A stretch of 64,000 nucleotides of DNA. Origin: Takakia lepidozioides (lineage: Eukaryota; Plantae; Bryophyta). The translations under genes were made by a program, and so were the position numbers. The stretch spans positions 18,042,001 through 18,106,000 of the forward strand of contig CM060731.1 in NCBI GenBank assembly GCA_030704615.1. Direction: 5' to 3'. Below are positions 1 to 11,500 of the stretch, in pieces (positions within the stretch are counted from its first letter, which is position 1; every line of letters begins with the position of its first letter). Under the pieces are notes generated by a model. It was not told the origin of the DNA. It saw only the letters and a program-made list of their open reading frames with translations, and made no database searches.

Positions 1-372
1 TCGGAGCATGGTATTGTTGAACAAGAATGGATTGAGCAAAGCCCCCGCATAATGCAAGTCCGTTCGAACCATCGAACGACGGTCGTAAAATGCATCCTCA
101 GCACTGTCCGCAAGTTCAGGTTCCAAGGAGAATGGAGGATGCCTCAAGGATTGGACGTGTTTATCAAGATTTTGCAATAGAAACCATGTCTTGCCCATTA
201 CTGGTTGCTTTCCATCAAACTCCCGCAAGACGATTAACACCGGCTCAACCATATAAACAAAATTTTCACATTTCTTCCAGAAATCATCGCTGCGAATGTT
301 ATTTCGAACTTTTCGACTTTTGCCCAATGATTTGGCTTTTCTGGAGTCCCGCAATGTCCATGTGTACGCATC

Positions 373-1626
373 TCATTGAGGATCGATGATGGTGTGCTCC
401 AGACTGCTCTTCACCGTCACCAACCGATCCACCATCAAGAAGTTAGTGGCAAAACGAGTTTCGCCTGGATTGTGGAGGCTGTATTTGGGTTCGTGCCTCC
501 TATATAGTGTCAAATGGATGTGGTATGTGCGGATGAACGACACAACAGTCTTTGCTCGCTTGACAAGTTGTTTCACCCACTGTTCTTTTCCCCAATCTTC
601 CAAAAATAGGTCAAGGATATGAGCAGCACAACCTTGATAGTACATATGGGGATAACGTGCCAACAACATGTCTGCAGTGTTTTTCATGTTAGCGGCATTG
701 TCTGTGCATATTTGCACAATTCTATCACTTCCGACCTGTTCGATGAAGTCCGTCAATAGTTGGCATTGATAACGTCCATCTTTCTTCTCACCGCTAGTGT
801 CGACCGATCCCAAGAATTGTTCCCCAGCTGGACATACGAGCATGACATTGAACAACGGTCTGTTTGTGACAGAACTCCAACCATCGGCACATATAGTGCT
901 TACATATTTTCTGATGCACTCGCCCGTCCTATCGTTGACCTTTTGGGTAAGCTCAGTCATGGCGTCTTCCAGCAATCTTGTGCGGAGATTGTGATAAGTC
1001 GGAGGCACGTACGTGGATCTGGACTCCGAGGTTTCTCGAACAGCAGAAACAAATGCCAGAAGCCTTGCCACATTAAATGGTATGTTGGCCTCGAAGAAAA
1101 ACTGCACCCATTTTTTATCCAACTGTCTTTTCGCAGACAAGTTAAGACCTTCTTGCATGGATTGTTGTCGTAATTCTCTACTCCGTTGAAGTGTAGGGGT
1201 ACAAAGAGGTGTTGAAGCAGGTGTTGCTCCGGCACAACCCACTTGTCCAAGGACACCCGAAGCCTCACAAGAGTCGCTCTGGGTACTAATCGGGGCATCC
1301 TGACGGGAAGATGAAGTGTTCTGCTCAGAGGTCATGTCCGGATCCAAAGACATTGGAATATTGCCTCCACACTGGGCAAAGTGGTTTTTTACCCGCATAG
1401 CTGCTTTGGGGCATAAACCAACCCCAGCGCTCTTCACACCTTTATAGCCGAGGTGAGCGAGCAACCGATCCTTACGATAATAAAGCTTTAATCCACATAG
1501 GTTACACTCAACACTACCAGTGGCACTGACAATGTTCGGGATTGCCGTATACCAAGGGCTCCATTCCTCCCTCATCTTCACCCAATATCCACTCCCCTGG
1601 GACCTAGCGATGCAAGCAACAGTCAC
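373..1626 (-). mobile_element. hAT-superfamily transposase remnant (BED zinc finger + DUF659-type core), C-terminally truncated
   Basis: Motifs CNLC...LAHL (BED-like), FFFEANIPFN, TICADGWS, QICTDNAANM, CAAHILDL, ETRFAT. The ORF stops before the dimerisation domain. Confidence 0.85.
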
Positions 1627-3705
1627 CTATAAATGAACGTGTTGTGAATGTAGAGTGCAATGCGATAGCCCAACATTTCTACATCTGTCAGCAACCCAAG
1701 TGGATCGATGTGGGTTGTAGTGTTGAGCTTATACACAATCTGCTGAAGTGGCTTTGGTGGAAGCCACAACGGCAAAAGGTGCGCACCCTCCTCTTGGGCT
1801 ACATTCTCGTTCAATGGAAGAGAACATCCAAAGCAACCTCAAGTGTTTGCGCCAAAAGAAGTGAGGAGTTTGGTGACCCTCCTCCCTTATATATGATCCA
1901 AGAGGGATGAAAGTGAAATGAAAGTGAAATGAATAAATGACGAACCAATAGCGCCCACCCAAAAAGGCTGTACAACCATATTTGTTGTAATTTTGAAATT
2001 ATGCAACCACTATACTACGGTCCGTATTTTTATTTTATGAAAAACAAGCGACCGCCACTACTGCGGTCGCTTTTATTTCCTTTCATTTTGTGCAATATTG
2101 CGGTCACTTCTATTTTGTATATTTTTAAATTTAAGCGAGGTTCCGAAAAGAAATCGACGGACATAAAGGAACAACAAATCCATTGACCGTTACATATGGT
2201 TTGGCAATATAACAATTTTCATGCAAAGCAAAAGAATATCAGAAGAAGACTGAAATTTCATGGTCTTCACAATCAATTTTAAATAGTAAATTGTGTCCAC
2301 AGTAGGACGCGAATATTTACTTATCATTTACCCGGAAATCACGATATTGTGAATTGTCAACATAGTCAAGAAGAGGCTTGAATTGTGGATCGGTAACTTT
2401 GAAAGGTGAAAATTTTATTCTCCTTGCTTTCAAGAAGCTTGAGACGTTCTCAAATTTCAAGAAGCTAAGCAAGAAATCTCTAAGTTTGAGAAGGAAGAAA
2501 CCGTCGACGTCGATGTTCTCAAAAGACTTGAGAAGAAGACAAGATTCAGGAGGGTTCAGTAAACACTTCAAAGCCGTATGATCAATCAGCAGAGTGTTAC
2601 TCTGATTGTAAAAACCTTCAGAACTCTACCATACTTTAAGGAGTGGTTTCAAGAACACATGAGGTTGATCTTGTCTCGTTCGGTAATTTGGGTGCAGATT
2701 GCTTGGGCAAATGATACAATCCTCCTGCGACATGATGAACGTTGGCCGTGGAAGACCACATAGGAGCAAATCCAGAACGGCATTTAAGTTTTTAAGCACC
2801 ATGCAGCTCCAGATACCTAAAATGAAGTGCTTGTGTAGCTCTTGCCAAACTTCCCGGTACATCTTCCGTCTAAAGATTTGCCGATACCCAACAATAGCAG
2901 AAATGCTGTAATCAGATTCCGAAAAACGTGGAGCAGGTCCTAGGCTCTGGCACTTATCCCAATACATTCTCAAAACTAGTCACTTTAATATCCCATGTTC
3001 CACTTCCAGGGCCTCTAGATACTTTAATGTGCATCCCATTCCTCCTTGTTCTTAGGCCATGGAAAGTCCCAGCGATTAATGAATTTCACTCTAATATCCT
3101 GAAAGTAGATATCCTTAGGTATTCCAAAAAGGTTCTGAGTGTCCATTTTTGAATGCCTCAACTTCTCCAGGTGGGGCTTCAGATGACCCATCAGAAAATC
3201 ATCCTTGTATGGATCTACAAGTGCTTCGTATTTAGGTAGGAAGATGACCAGGCTCAGAGGATTGAGGAAAGACTTGTACATGTTCCCAACGACGTCGATA
3301 AGCAAGGTGTTAGACCTGTAGGCTTTTGAGTCGGGGTCTACGAACAAGTCGTAAAGTCGTTTGAAGTAGAGGCCTTAGGTAGAGTAGGCCAATATGTGTT
3401 GAAAGTAAGTCTATGTTCCACACATTGGTCGGAACTATAATGCATGACCTTGTGGGCGTTCCTCCCGAACAAGGCTGATTTGAAATCCACGACAGTCTCT
3501 TCTTTGCCAGTGTTCCATAAGATGACCCAAAACTTCTTGACGACCCATTTGAGGAAGTCTCCCACCTCATGTCGCATTGCTAACTTAAATCTTCCAGCGG
3601 AGATACAAGGTTGCGTTGCGGGAGGGGTTTTTGGCTCATTCTGGAGGTAGACCTCACATAGGAACCCGACATCCAGAACCAGGACATAATATCCGGGCTG
3701 ACATC

Positions 3706-4050
3706 TGTTAGAGGGCTGCTTGGGACTTAGACGCTTTTACGGGTTCTGTGGGGTACCCTTAATTTTTGCGCAGACTTATGAATGGTAGACTAAGACCAAC
3801 ATGAGCCCTAAGGGTGGCAGGCGCAGGCTTTAGGGGGGGTAGATAGCTTGTCACAGTCTATCACAGCCAGACACAGTCTGACACAGCTCGACACAGTTTC
3901 GCACAGCCAGTCACAGTCTGACACAGCTTTACACAGCCCGTCACAGTCTATCACAGCCAGACAAAGTCTGACACAGCCCGACACAGCCAATCACAGCCCA
4001 ACACAGCTTTACACAGCCCGTCACAGTCTATCACAGCCAGACACAGCCGA
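3706..4050 (+). repeat. Truncated 5' LTR containing a CACAGC-type ~10-bp minisatellite
   Basis: Matches 10188 onward, then breaks abruptly at 4050/4051. Confidence 0.85.
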
Positions 4051-4544
4051 TGTCGCGCACCTTACTTCGGTAAGCTCCCCTTCCAGTCATAGTTACTCGC
4101 TCTGATGCGCGCGCCTGACTCCCAACCTGGCCGCCGGGCCAACTTGGAGCTTCGGCTGCTCACCGGGACATAACGGTCCCCCTTCGCTCTCCCACTAAAC
4201 CCTCCACCTCTTTGGGCCTAGTGGAATTCCCTTTGGTAGTTGGCAGTCCGGAACAGCTCCTCACTCTTTGGTCGCTTTCCGGCTCGCTCGCTTACTCACT
4301 AGTTTTTGGTCACCAACGGGCTTGCACCGTTCTCGGGGTCACTACTCCCCTTATATATACTTCTGTAGCTGTCCGCGGGGGTTTCACAACCAGCCATGCC
4401 ATTTTATGGCGAACCACCACGAAAACCCTCGACTCCCGGTGGTGAGTCGCAGTGAGTCTCGGCCCACTCACCACGGCCCCTATGGACCGTGATGAGTCCC
4501 AAGACTCCCCACGACTCCCACCACAAGGTCTCCGCCCCCATGGC

Positions 4545-5300
4545 TGTCACAGCCCCTCACAGCCCCTCACAGCCTCAAAGGCCTCAGGCACGGCCTGTCA
4601 CAGCCCCTCACAGCCCCTCACAGCCTCAAAGGCCTCAGGCACGGCCTGTCACAGCCCCTCACAACCCATCACAGCCCCAAAGGCCATGGGCACAGCCTGT
4701 CATAGCCCCTCACAGCCCCTCACAGCCTCAAAGGCCTCAGGCATGGCCTGTCACAGCCCCTCACAGCCCCTCACAGCTCGCCACAGCCTGACACAGCCCG
4801 TCACAGCCCCACAGGGCACAGGGCACAGCCTGTCACAGCTCGCCACAGCCTGTCACAGCCCCTCATAGCCCGTCACAGCTTGCCACAGCCTGTCACAGCC
4901 CGTCACAGCCCCAGAGGCCACAGGGCACAGCCTGTCACAGCCCATCACAGCCCATCACAGCCTGTCACAGCTTGCCACAGCCTGTCACAGCCCGTCACAG
5001 CCCCAAAGGCCACAGGTCACAGCCTGTCACAGCCCGTCACAGCTCGCCACAGCCTGACACAGCTCCACAGGCCACAGGGCACAGCCTGTCACAGCCCCGC
5101 ACAGCCCGTCACAGCCCCACAGGCCACTTGGCACAGCCTGTCACAGCCCCTCATAGCCCGTCACAGCTCGCCACAGCCTGACACAGCCCGTCACAGCCCC
5201 ACAGGGCACAGGGCACAGCCTGTCACAGCTCGCCACAGCCTGTCACAGCCCCTCATAGCCCGTCACAGCTTGCCACAGCCTGTCACAGCCCGTCACAGTC
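4545..5300. repeat. Degenerate ~10-bp tandem array (TCACAGCCCG/TCACAGCCTG) with higher-order units
   Basis: Directly visible; gives rise to low-complexity HSPSQP-type ORFs. Confidence 0.9.
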
Positions 5301-6799
5301 CCACCCATGGCCGCTCTGGCAGTTTAGCCATTTCTCCAAGGGGTTTAGCCACGCCAAGCTAGGGTTTGTGTCTCTTGGACTCTAGGCTTCTTTCCACCGA
5401 GCTATGGTGGCTGTGAGGAAATCAGCAAGGTATCCTTGCTCTTTCGGCTCCCACACACCACCATAGTAGCCCTAAGCCATGAGGTGGTTGCCACAAACCA
5501 AGCCTTCTTTCTCACTTAGCCTCCCCAAACACGCCACTAAACTCAATGGCAAACAACCAAGCCCTGCTGGTTCCCAGCCCTTGTGAGCACTCATTCAAGC
5601 ACTCTCATTGGCCATAGCATCTGTCTTAGAGCCTATTCCAGCCCTCTACACCTGTTGCTTCAAGAGTTGCGCTCCCTTCAAGCTTGAAGTTGAAACCCCA
5701 ACTCACATAGGCCCTACAAGTGCTTTTCTTTCACTCCAAGTGGAAACCAGCCCTAGACCTTCCATTCTAGCTCTCTAAGGCTTGAAAACAAGAGCCTCAA
5801 TGGGCTGAAGGCATGCTCCACACATGCCCCACTCTCACCATAAGAGAATCAGCTCCTTTGCTTCATTTCTTGCACCCACAAACCTGAAAATACAAGCTTC
5901 AGCAGGCTGAAAGCATGCTTTACATGCCCTACAGGGAAACCAGCCCCTTCCTTCCTTTCTTGCACTCCCACACCTAAAAGTGCAAGCCTTCACCAGGCTG
6001 ATAGCATGCTCCCTCTTCCTTGCTTGCCCTCCAAGCTTGAAGATGGAAGCTTCAATGAGTTGAATACATGCTCCACACATGCAACCTCTTCACACAAGAG
6101 ATATCAGCCCCCTATCTTGGCTCCTTGGCTCCTTGATGCTCTCTAAGACAAGACTAAGCACTCCACAGCCTTTGCCAAGCTCTTGAAACCCTAAGGCTTA
6201 CATTTCCAGCCACAAGACACTTCTCTTGTGGTGCCAGAGCTCTTCTTCCAAGCTCTGAAACCCTAGGTGCACATTCCATGGCCTTGCCGCACCTCTTAGC
6301 TCATGTTCCAGCCCTTCTCTTGCCATGACAAGAGCCCTCTCAATGCTGAAGCTCGAGATTGAAACCCAATCTCACCATACTCCACAAAGTGCATTGATTT
6401 GCCCCAAGCCAAATCAGCCCTTTCGCTTGGTCTTGCAATCCTTCACACAATGAAAGCTCACATTCCCAGGTCCAGTTCTCAGCTTTGCACCCCAAAGCCA
6501 CTATAACTTGCTCTTGACTGGTCCTCTTCCCAATCGTGCTTGCTCATGCATGTACACAATCTGAGACCATCAAGGTGCTCTGGAATTACCTGCAGCATGG
6601 TGCTTTCATCTCTGAAGCTGAAGAGCGAATGCCAAGGTCTACCACCTCGTAACCCACATCGCCTCCGCTTCTAACAACCAAGAGCTCCATGGTGCTCCTT
6701 GCATAACAACTTGGTTTCTCTCATTCTCAAGCAAAAACCACAAGTGCTACAACTAACTCGTATCTGGCACTCACAGATACAAGCTCATCTTTCTCGAGT

Positions 6800-7115
6800 G
6801 ATAAATAAGAAGAATACAAGCACGAGCTCACAAATCTGAAGCATAAACTCATGCATATATAACCTCATCACTCAAATACAAGTCAAGCCAAGTGCACCCC
6901 ACGCCATGGGGAATCCACACTACGGCGCCATAGCTAGGCGCGGTGAGGCTCAACTCGAGAAAGATGAGCCTCCCGCGCTTGCCGTGAAGATAACCACTCC
7001 AGGGCCTAAATCTGCCTTGACCCCTGGATTGATACTTGGGCCAATCCCAAATGTCAATATGTAAAAGCTAGCTATTTCCTAGCTAGTTTCACACTAGTGG
7101 TAAAATAACTTGACA
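6800..7115 (-). repeat. Repeat A1 of element 1 (316 bp, starts TGTCAAGTTA)
   Basis: Near-identical inverted copy of 35906-36221. Confidence 0.95.
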
Positions 7116-10100
7116 GGGCACTTATGTGAAATCCCATGTTCCATCTACCCAATTGGCAGCTTTGAGGGAGGAACTTAGGAAGGAGTTTGAGACTCGAATT
7201 GCCATTGAGTGTGCTAACAAGGTAGATGAGGAGATCAATCTCAAGTTACAGCAAGAGTTGGAGGACACAAAGGCTGCCTTGCAGTTGGCTAAGGGACATT
7301 TGATTGAAGCAGGTCTCGAGCAGGACCAGTTGCATGAAGCACATAAACAACAGTTATACCAATTGCAGGTGAAGCATGAGGGCAAGTTGCAAGAAGTGAA
7401 TGTACTACATACAGAGTTGGAGGCAGTACATCAGAGGATAACCATACAATGTGCTACACTAACAACTGCTCTAGAGCAAACTGCATTAGAAGTTAACAGA
7501 CAAGGGGAGAGATGTATGATGGCAGAAGCTGAGATAATAGAGCAAGAGAAACTCATTGTTGATTTGCAGGCTACAATCTGTCGCAATGAGAATACTTTCC
7601 AACAGTACAGACAGGTTGAGGCTGACCAGGAGAGGTACATCTTGGAGTTGCAACAAACAGTCATGGTCAATAGAAATGAACTCTCTGTGGCTAACAAGGC
7701 TTGGAAGGAAGCCAATAATCTGGCTGCTGCCTATGCGGGCCTGGTTGAACCTCATGCAAAGCGCATGGAGGCTTTACAGCAGCAGTAGATGTGTACAGAC
7801 TCACAGAGGAGCAGACTCTCAGGGGTGCCACACAGGACTTGGTGGATAACCACCTTATGCAGGTATGGTTAGCACAAGGGCCGGTAGAAGGCAAAGCACC
7901 AAGGAAGCTCACTAAGGGCGAGATGAATGAGCTCAGATTGCAGGTGCAGAACATTGCCACAACTACTATAGACAATGTCTATAGTAGGATACTGGAGCTA
8001 CAGAAGGATGTGGAAGGCCTGCAGACTCAAGTGGATGACCTGAGTTCAAATATTGACAAGAGAGTCTTTGTTCCTGAGGAGCAGCTGATGGCTACTTATT
8101 TACATGCCATGACTCTAATTTTTCAGTCTTCTTCGCAGGGGGTGCAGGAGATGCCAGTGGTAGAAGGGCTAGTGGTACCAATACCACAGCAGGTGTCTGT
8201 GCAGGTAGCTGACCTTGTTGCTACTACAGCAAAACCACAGCCTGAGGTATGGGGGGATGCTGCTTTTAACCCACCTAGGACTCCTGCTGCACGGGAGTAG
8301 AGTCGGGCTATGATTATGCCCTTCAACCAAATTCCCATTGTGCTGGATTTGGCTTAGAAGAAATTTAGTCCTCCGCAGTCATTGGCACATCACTACCAGA
8401 TCATGCGCATTTGGTTGTCAGTGGCAACTCGGACTAAGGTTCTTCCGAACAATCGACCCATTGAGGATCATCACACTACAATAGATCGCGGTAGTTATGA
8501 CTGCCAAACCGTGGTAGTCATGGTTTTCATGACTTTGACCATGACTGCACCATGTTTTTATATGAAATTGACCTCTCGCAGTCGTTCATACGACTGTAGT
8601 CATATGAACGACTATCTAAATAGTCGTCTGTATGACTACATGACTCCGGAATGGGTGGAAGGCTGGTCAACGGCAATTGACCAGATTTAGCTCACCATTC
8701 ATAGTCATTTCCATGACTACAGTGTACATGGATGAGGTTACATAGTCATGATGACTACTAGGGATTTTGTAATTTGGTGTGTACAATTAAAACACCATAT
8801 GATCATATGAATGACTAATGGGTGTATTGGTTAACAGGTAGTGAACTATAACTCTTATAGTAAAGAGGTTGCAGGTTCAAACTCCTCTAAGTACAATCAA
8901 ATGGATAAGATGGCCCTAGGGTTAGTAGGCGAGCTAGGGATGTCACGTGGTTTTTTCATTATTATAAAATGCATTATGCCACGTGGCACAATGCGGTGCG
9001 ACACGGCGTTTGACATATGTTTTTTTTTTCTTAGTTTTTTTAATTTAATTTAATTTAATATTTTTTTAATCAATTGCGCCTCGCCACGTGGCACGGCAGC
9101 GGCGGCTGCAGTATGGTATATATGACTGCAATGAGCGATATCACTTAGTTCATATGACTGTAGTCATCCGGACCGTACCATCCTGTACTCATTGTATTGA
9201 CTTGGTTTGCACGACTTACAGTCATAGAAGTCATATGTACCGTTTATGACTGCAGAATAGTCATATATACAGTCATAAATACCACGATCTGTTGTAATGT
9301 CACTTTGCAAGGTACTGGTCTGAGGCAAATACCATGCTGAAGGAATTAATTGTCTTCCAGGTTGTACATGGGTACATCTATATCAAGACCAATGAGGTAT
9401 CTAGTATTGTCATGGGCTGTGGATTATACTATGTTGCTTGTTTTATGGCACGTTATCACATTGAGCAGCAGAAGATGCAATCACGATTTCTGAGTTATTC
9501 CAGTGGGGATCATTGGGTCTTACCTTCAGTGCCACCTCATATGTACCTGTATGATGCAAAAGTTATGATGCAGAAGGATTCCCAACTTCATTCATGGTTT
9601 AATTCGGCTTGGAACAATTTGGCAACAGAGAAATTTGGCCCTGATGATATTTTCTTTAAGGGACATGAAGCCTGGAAATACTTACACTGTTCCAAAGTCA
9701 TTGGCACACCTCTCACCTATACGGCTAAGGAGTTCAGGGCGTTCACTAATTTTGATTGCAAGCGCTTACAACAAGTCGTACAGTTTAAACTTCCAGACAT
9801 GGTGGGCCCACATTGTATGCCACGCAGGATTCCCGAGTAGCCACTTAAAGTTCGGCCGTTAAAACACCTAAGGGGGGACGAGGATTCTGATACTACTGGT
9901 TCTTCAGATGACTCTTTTGACATGGCAGAGGACTATGCACTTCAGATGGCAGAGAAGAAACGACGAGGATCTCTTATGCTTGAGAGGTTACCTCGTTATC
10001 AACCAAAAGAGGGTCAGACATTTCCAGGTAGTGCTCAATCGCCTCCATCAGCCAGTGACAGGACTCGGGCTCGCACACGGAGTCCTTCACAAGACTCTCA

Positions 10101-10149
10101 CCGACAGAAGGGCGCTCGCTCACAAAGGTTTGCTGATCCCAAACAGTAA
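7116..10149 (+). pseudogene. Degraded extra 3' ORF (coiled-coil-rich, function unknown) of the 3706-11393 LTR element
   Basis: ORF pieces 7126-7788, 7791-8300 and 9334-9840 lie between the element-1 insertion site and the PPT; interrupted by a CACTA insertion. Confidence 0.6.
8474..9299. mobile_element. Non-autonomous CACTA (EnSpm) element
   Basis: Left TIR CACTACAATAGATCGCGGTA; right end TACCACGATCTGTTGTAATG; 3-bp TSD TCA (8471-8473, 9300-9302); many ATGACT/AGTCAT subterminal repeats. Confidence 0.92.
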
Positions 10150-10170
10150 ACCGTGAGGACACGGCTTTTT

Positions 10171-10184
10171 GAGAGGGGGAGGGG
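10171..10184 (+). promoter_or_regulatory. Polypurine tract
   Basis: GAGAGGGGGAGGGG ends 3 nt before the 3' LTR TG. Confidence 0.85.
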
Positions 10185-10187
10185 TAA

Positions 10188-11393
10188 TGTTAGAGGGCTG
10201 CTTGGGACTTAGACGCTTTTACGGGTTCTGTGGGGTACCCTTAATTTTTGCGCAGACTTATGAATGGTAGACTGCGACCAGCAGGAGCCTTAGGGGTGGG
10301 AGGCGCAGGCTTTAGGGGGGGTAGACAGCTTGTCACAGTCTATCACAGCTAGACACAGTCTGACACAGCCCGACACTGCTTCGCACAGCCAGTCACAGCC
10401 CGACACAGCTTTACACAGCCCGTCACAGTCTATCACAGCCAGATACAGTCTGACACATCCGACACAGCTTCGCATAGCCAGTCACAGCTCAACACAGCTT
10501 TACACAGCCCGTCACAGTCTATCACAGCCAGACATAGCCCGACACAGCTTTGCACAGCCAGTCACAGCCCGACACAGCTTTACACAGCCCGTCACAGTCT
10601 ATCACAGCCAGACACAGTCTGACACAGCCGACACAGCTTTACACAGCCCGTCACAGTCTATCACAGCCAGACACAGTCTGACACAGCCCGACACAACTTC
10701 GCACAGCCAGTCACAGCCCGACACAACTTTACATAACCAGTCACAGCTCGGCACAACTTGACACAGCCTGTCACAGTGTACATGGGGAACAGTTATCATT
10801 GACAGGGAACGACTGTGTGGGTACGACATCTACAGAGGGAACGTGTTACTTCAAGGGTGACGGTTAATTAGTTAGGTGGTTAGAACAGCTTGCAGGTAGA
10901 TTAGACAGGGCGGCAACAGGAAGAGGATCACTTCTTGAGGAGGACGAGAAGGGGAGATGTAACGGAGAGTGGAAACAGTGAAGAGGAGATGATGACTTGA
11001 TTGAGGCTTAATTCACGCAAACTGTAAAATTATACAGTATGGTAGATTAGGGACACCATGGCATAAGCATGATACATGATTAATCTTAATCCGATATTGA
11101 ATCGATACAAACATATTGTGTAGAGAGACATGAGAGAAGCTGTGGAATGAATGCATGATTAATTGGAACTTAGTAGATACTGAAGCAATCTGATGCTTCA
11201 GTATACACGGTAAGGTAAATTGATAACATGAAGGCAAGAAGGAATACAAATAGGAAGCACAACCATGATTCACTAGCTGTAGGTCATGACTGATTGTTCT
11301 GAGCGGGCTGAGTGCTTAGAGATATCCAACTCTTCTATCTTGGAGTTTCCACCTCGGATAGCGAAGGGATGGGTGAGTAAAAGCCGCTCGACA
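10188..11393 (+). repeat. Complete 3' LTR (1206 bp, TG...CA) with internal (T/A)CACAGCC(C/T)G minisatellite at ~10330-10775
   Basis: PPT upstream, TSD downstream, imperfect inverted termini. Confidence 0.9.
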
Positions 11394-11500
11394 ACATCCA
11401 TTTGGACCCATTGGAAGAGCAAAGAAAACCGCGGGATTGACACTTGGGAATAGTCGTGTGGTGGATAGATCATATCATCCTGTCTATTAGGAAATAATTA

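Larger units (their letters stand above)
4051..7115 (-). mobile_element. 5' half of permuted-LTR retroelement 1 (repeat A1 + long untranslated leader)
   Basis: 6800-7115 is the reverse complement of A2 (35906-36221). The flank 7116-7119 (GGGC, i.e. GCCC in element sense) matches GCCC after B2 at 36400-36403. Confidence 0.8.
3706..11393 (+). mobile_element. LTR retrotransposon (Gypsy, non-chromovirus-like); outer boundaries intact, interior rearranged
   Basis: Near-identical LTR starts TGTTAGAGGGCTGCTTGGGAC at 3706 and 10188. The 3' LTR ends ...GCCGCTCGACA at 11393. TSD ACATC at 3701-3705 and 11394-11398. PPT GAGAGGGGGAGGGG lies just before 10188. Confidence 0.9.

Noticed and set aside
4452-5362. 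ORFs rich in HSPSQP/PVTA (also 3848-4105, 10330-10761) as proteins, or the arrays as CRISPR
   Set aside because: They are translations of a minisatellite with no unique spacers and no cas genes, in a eukaryotic context.
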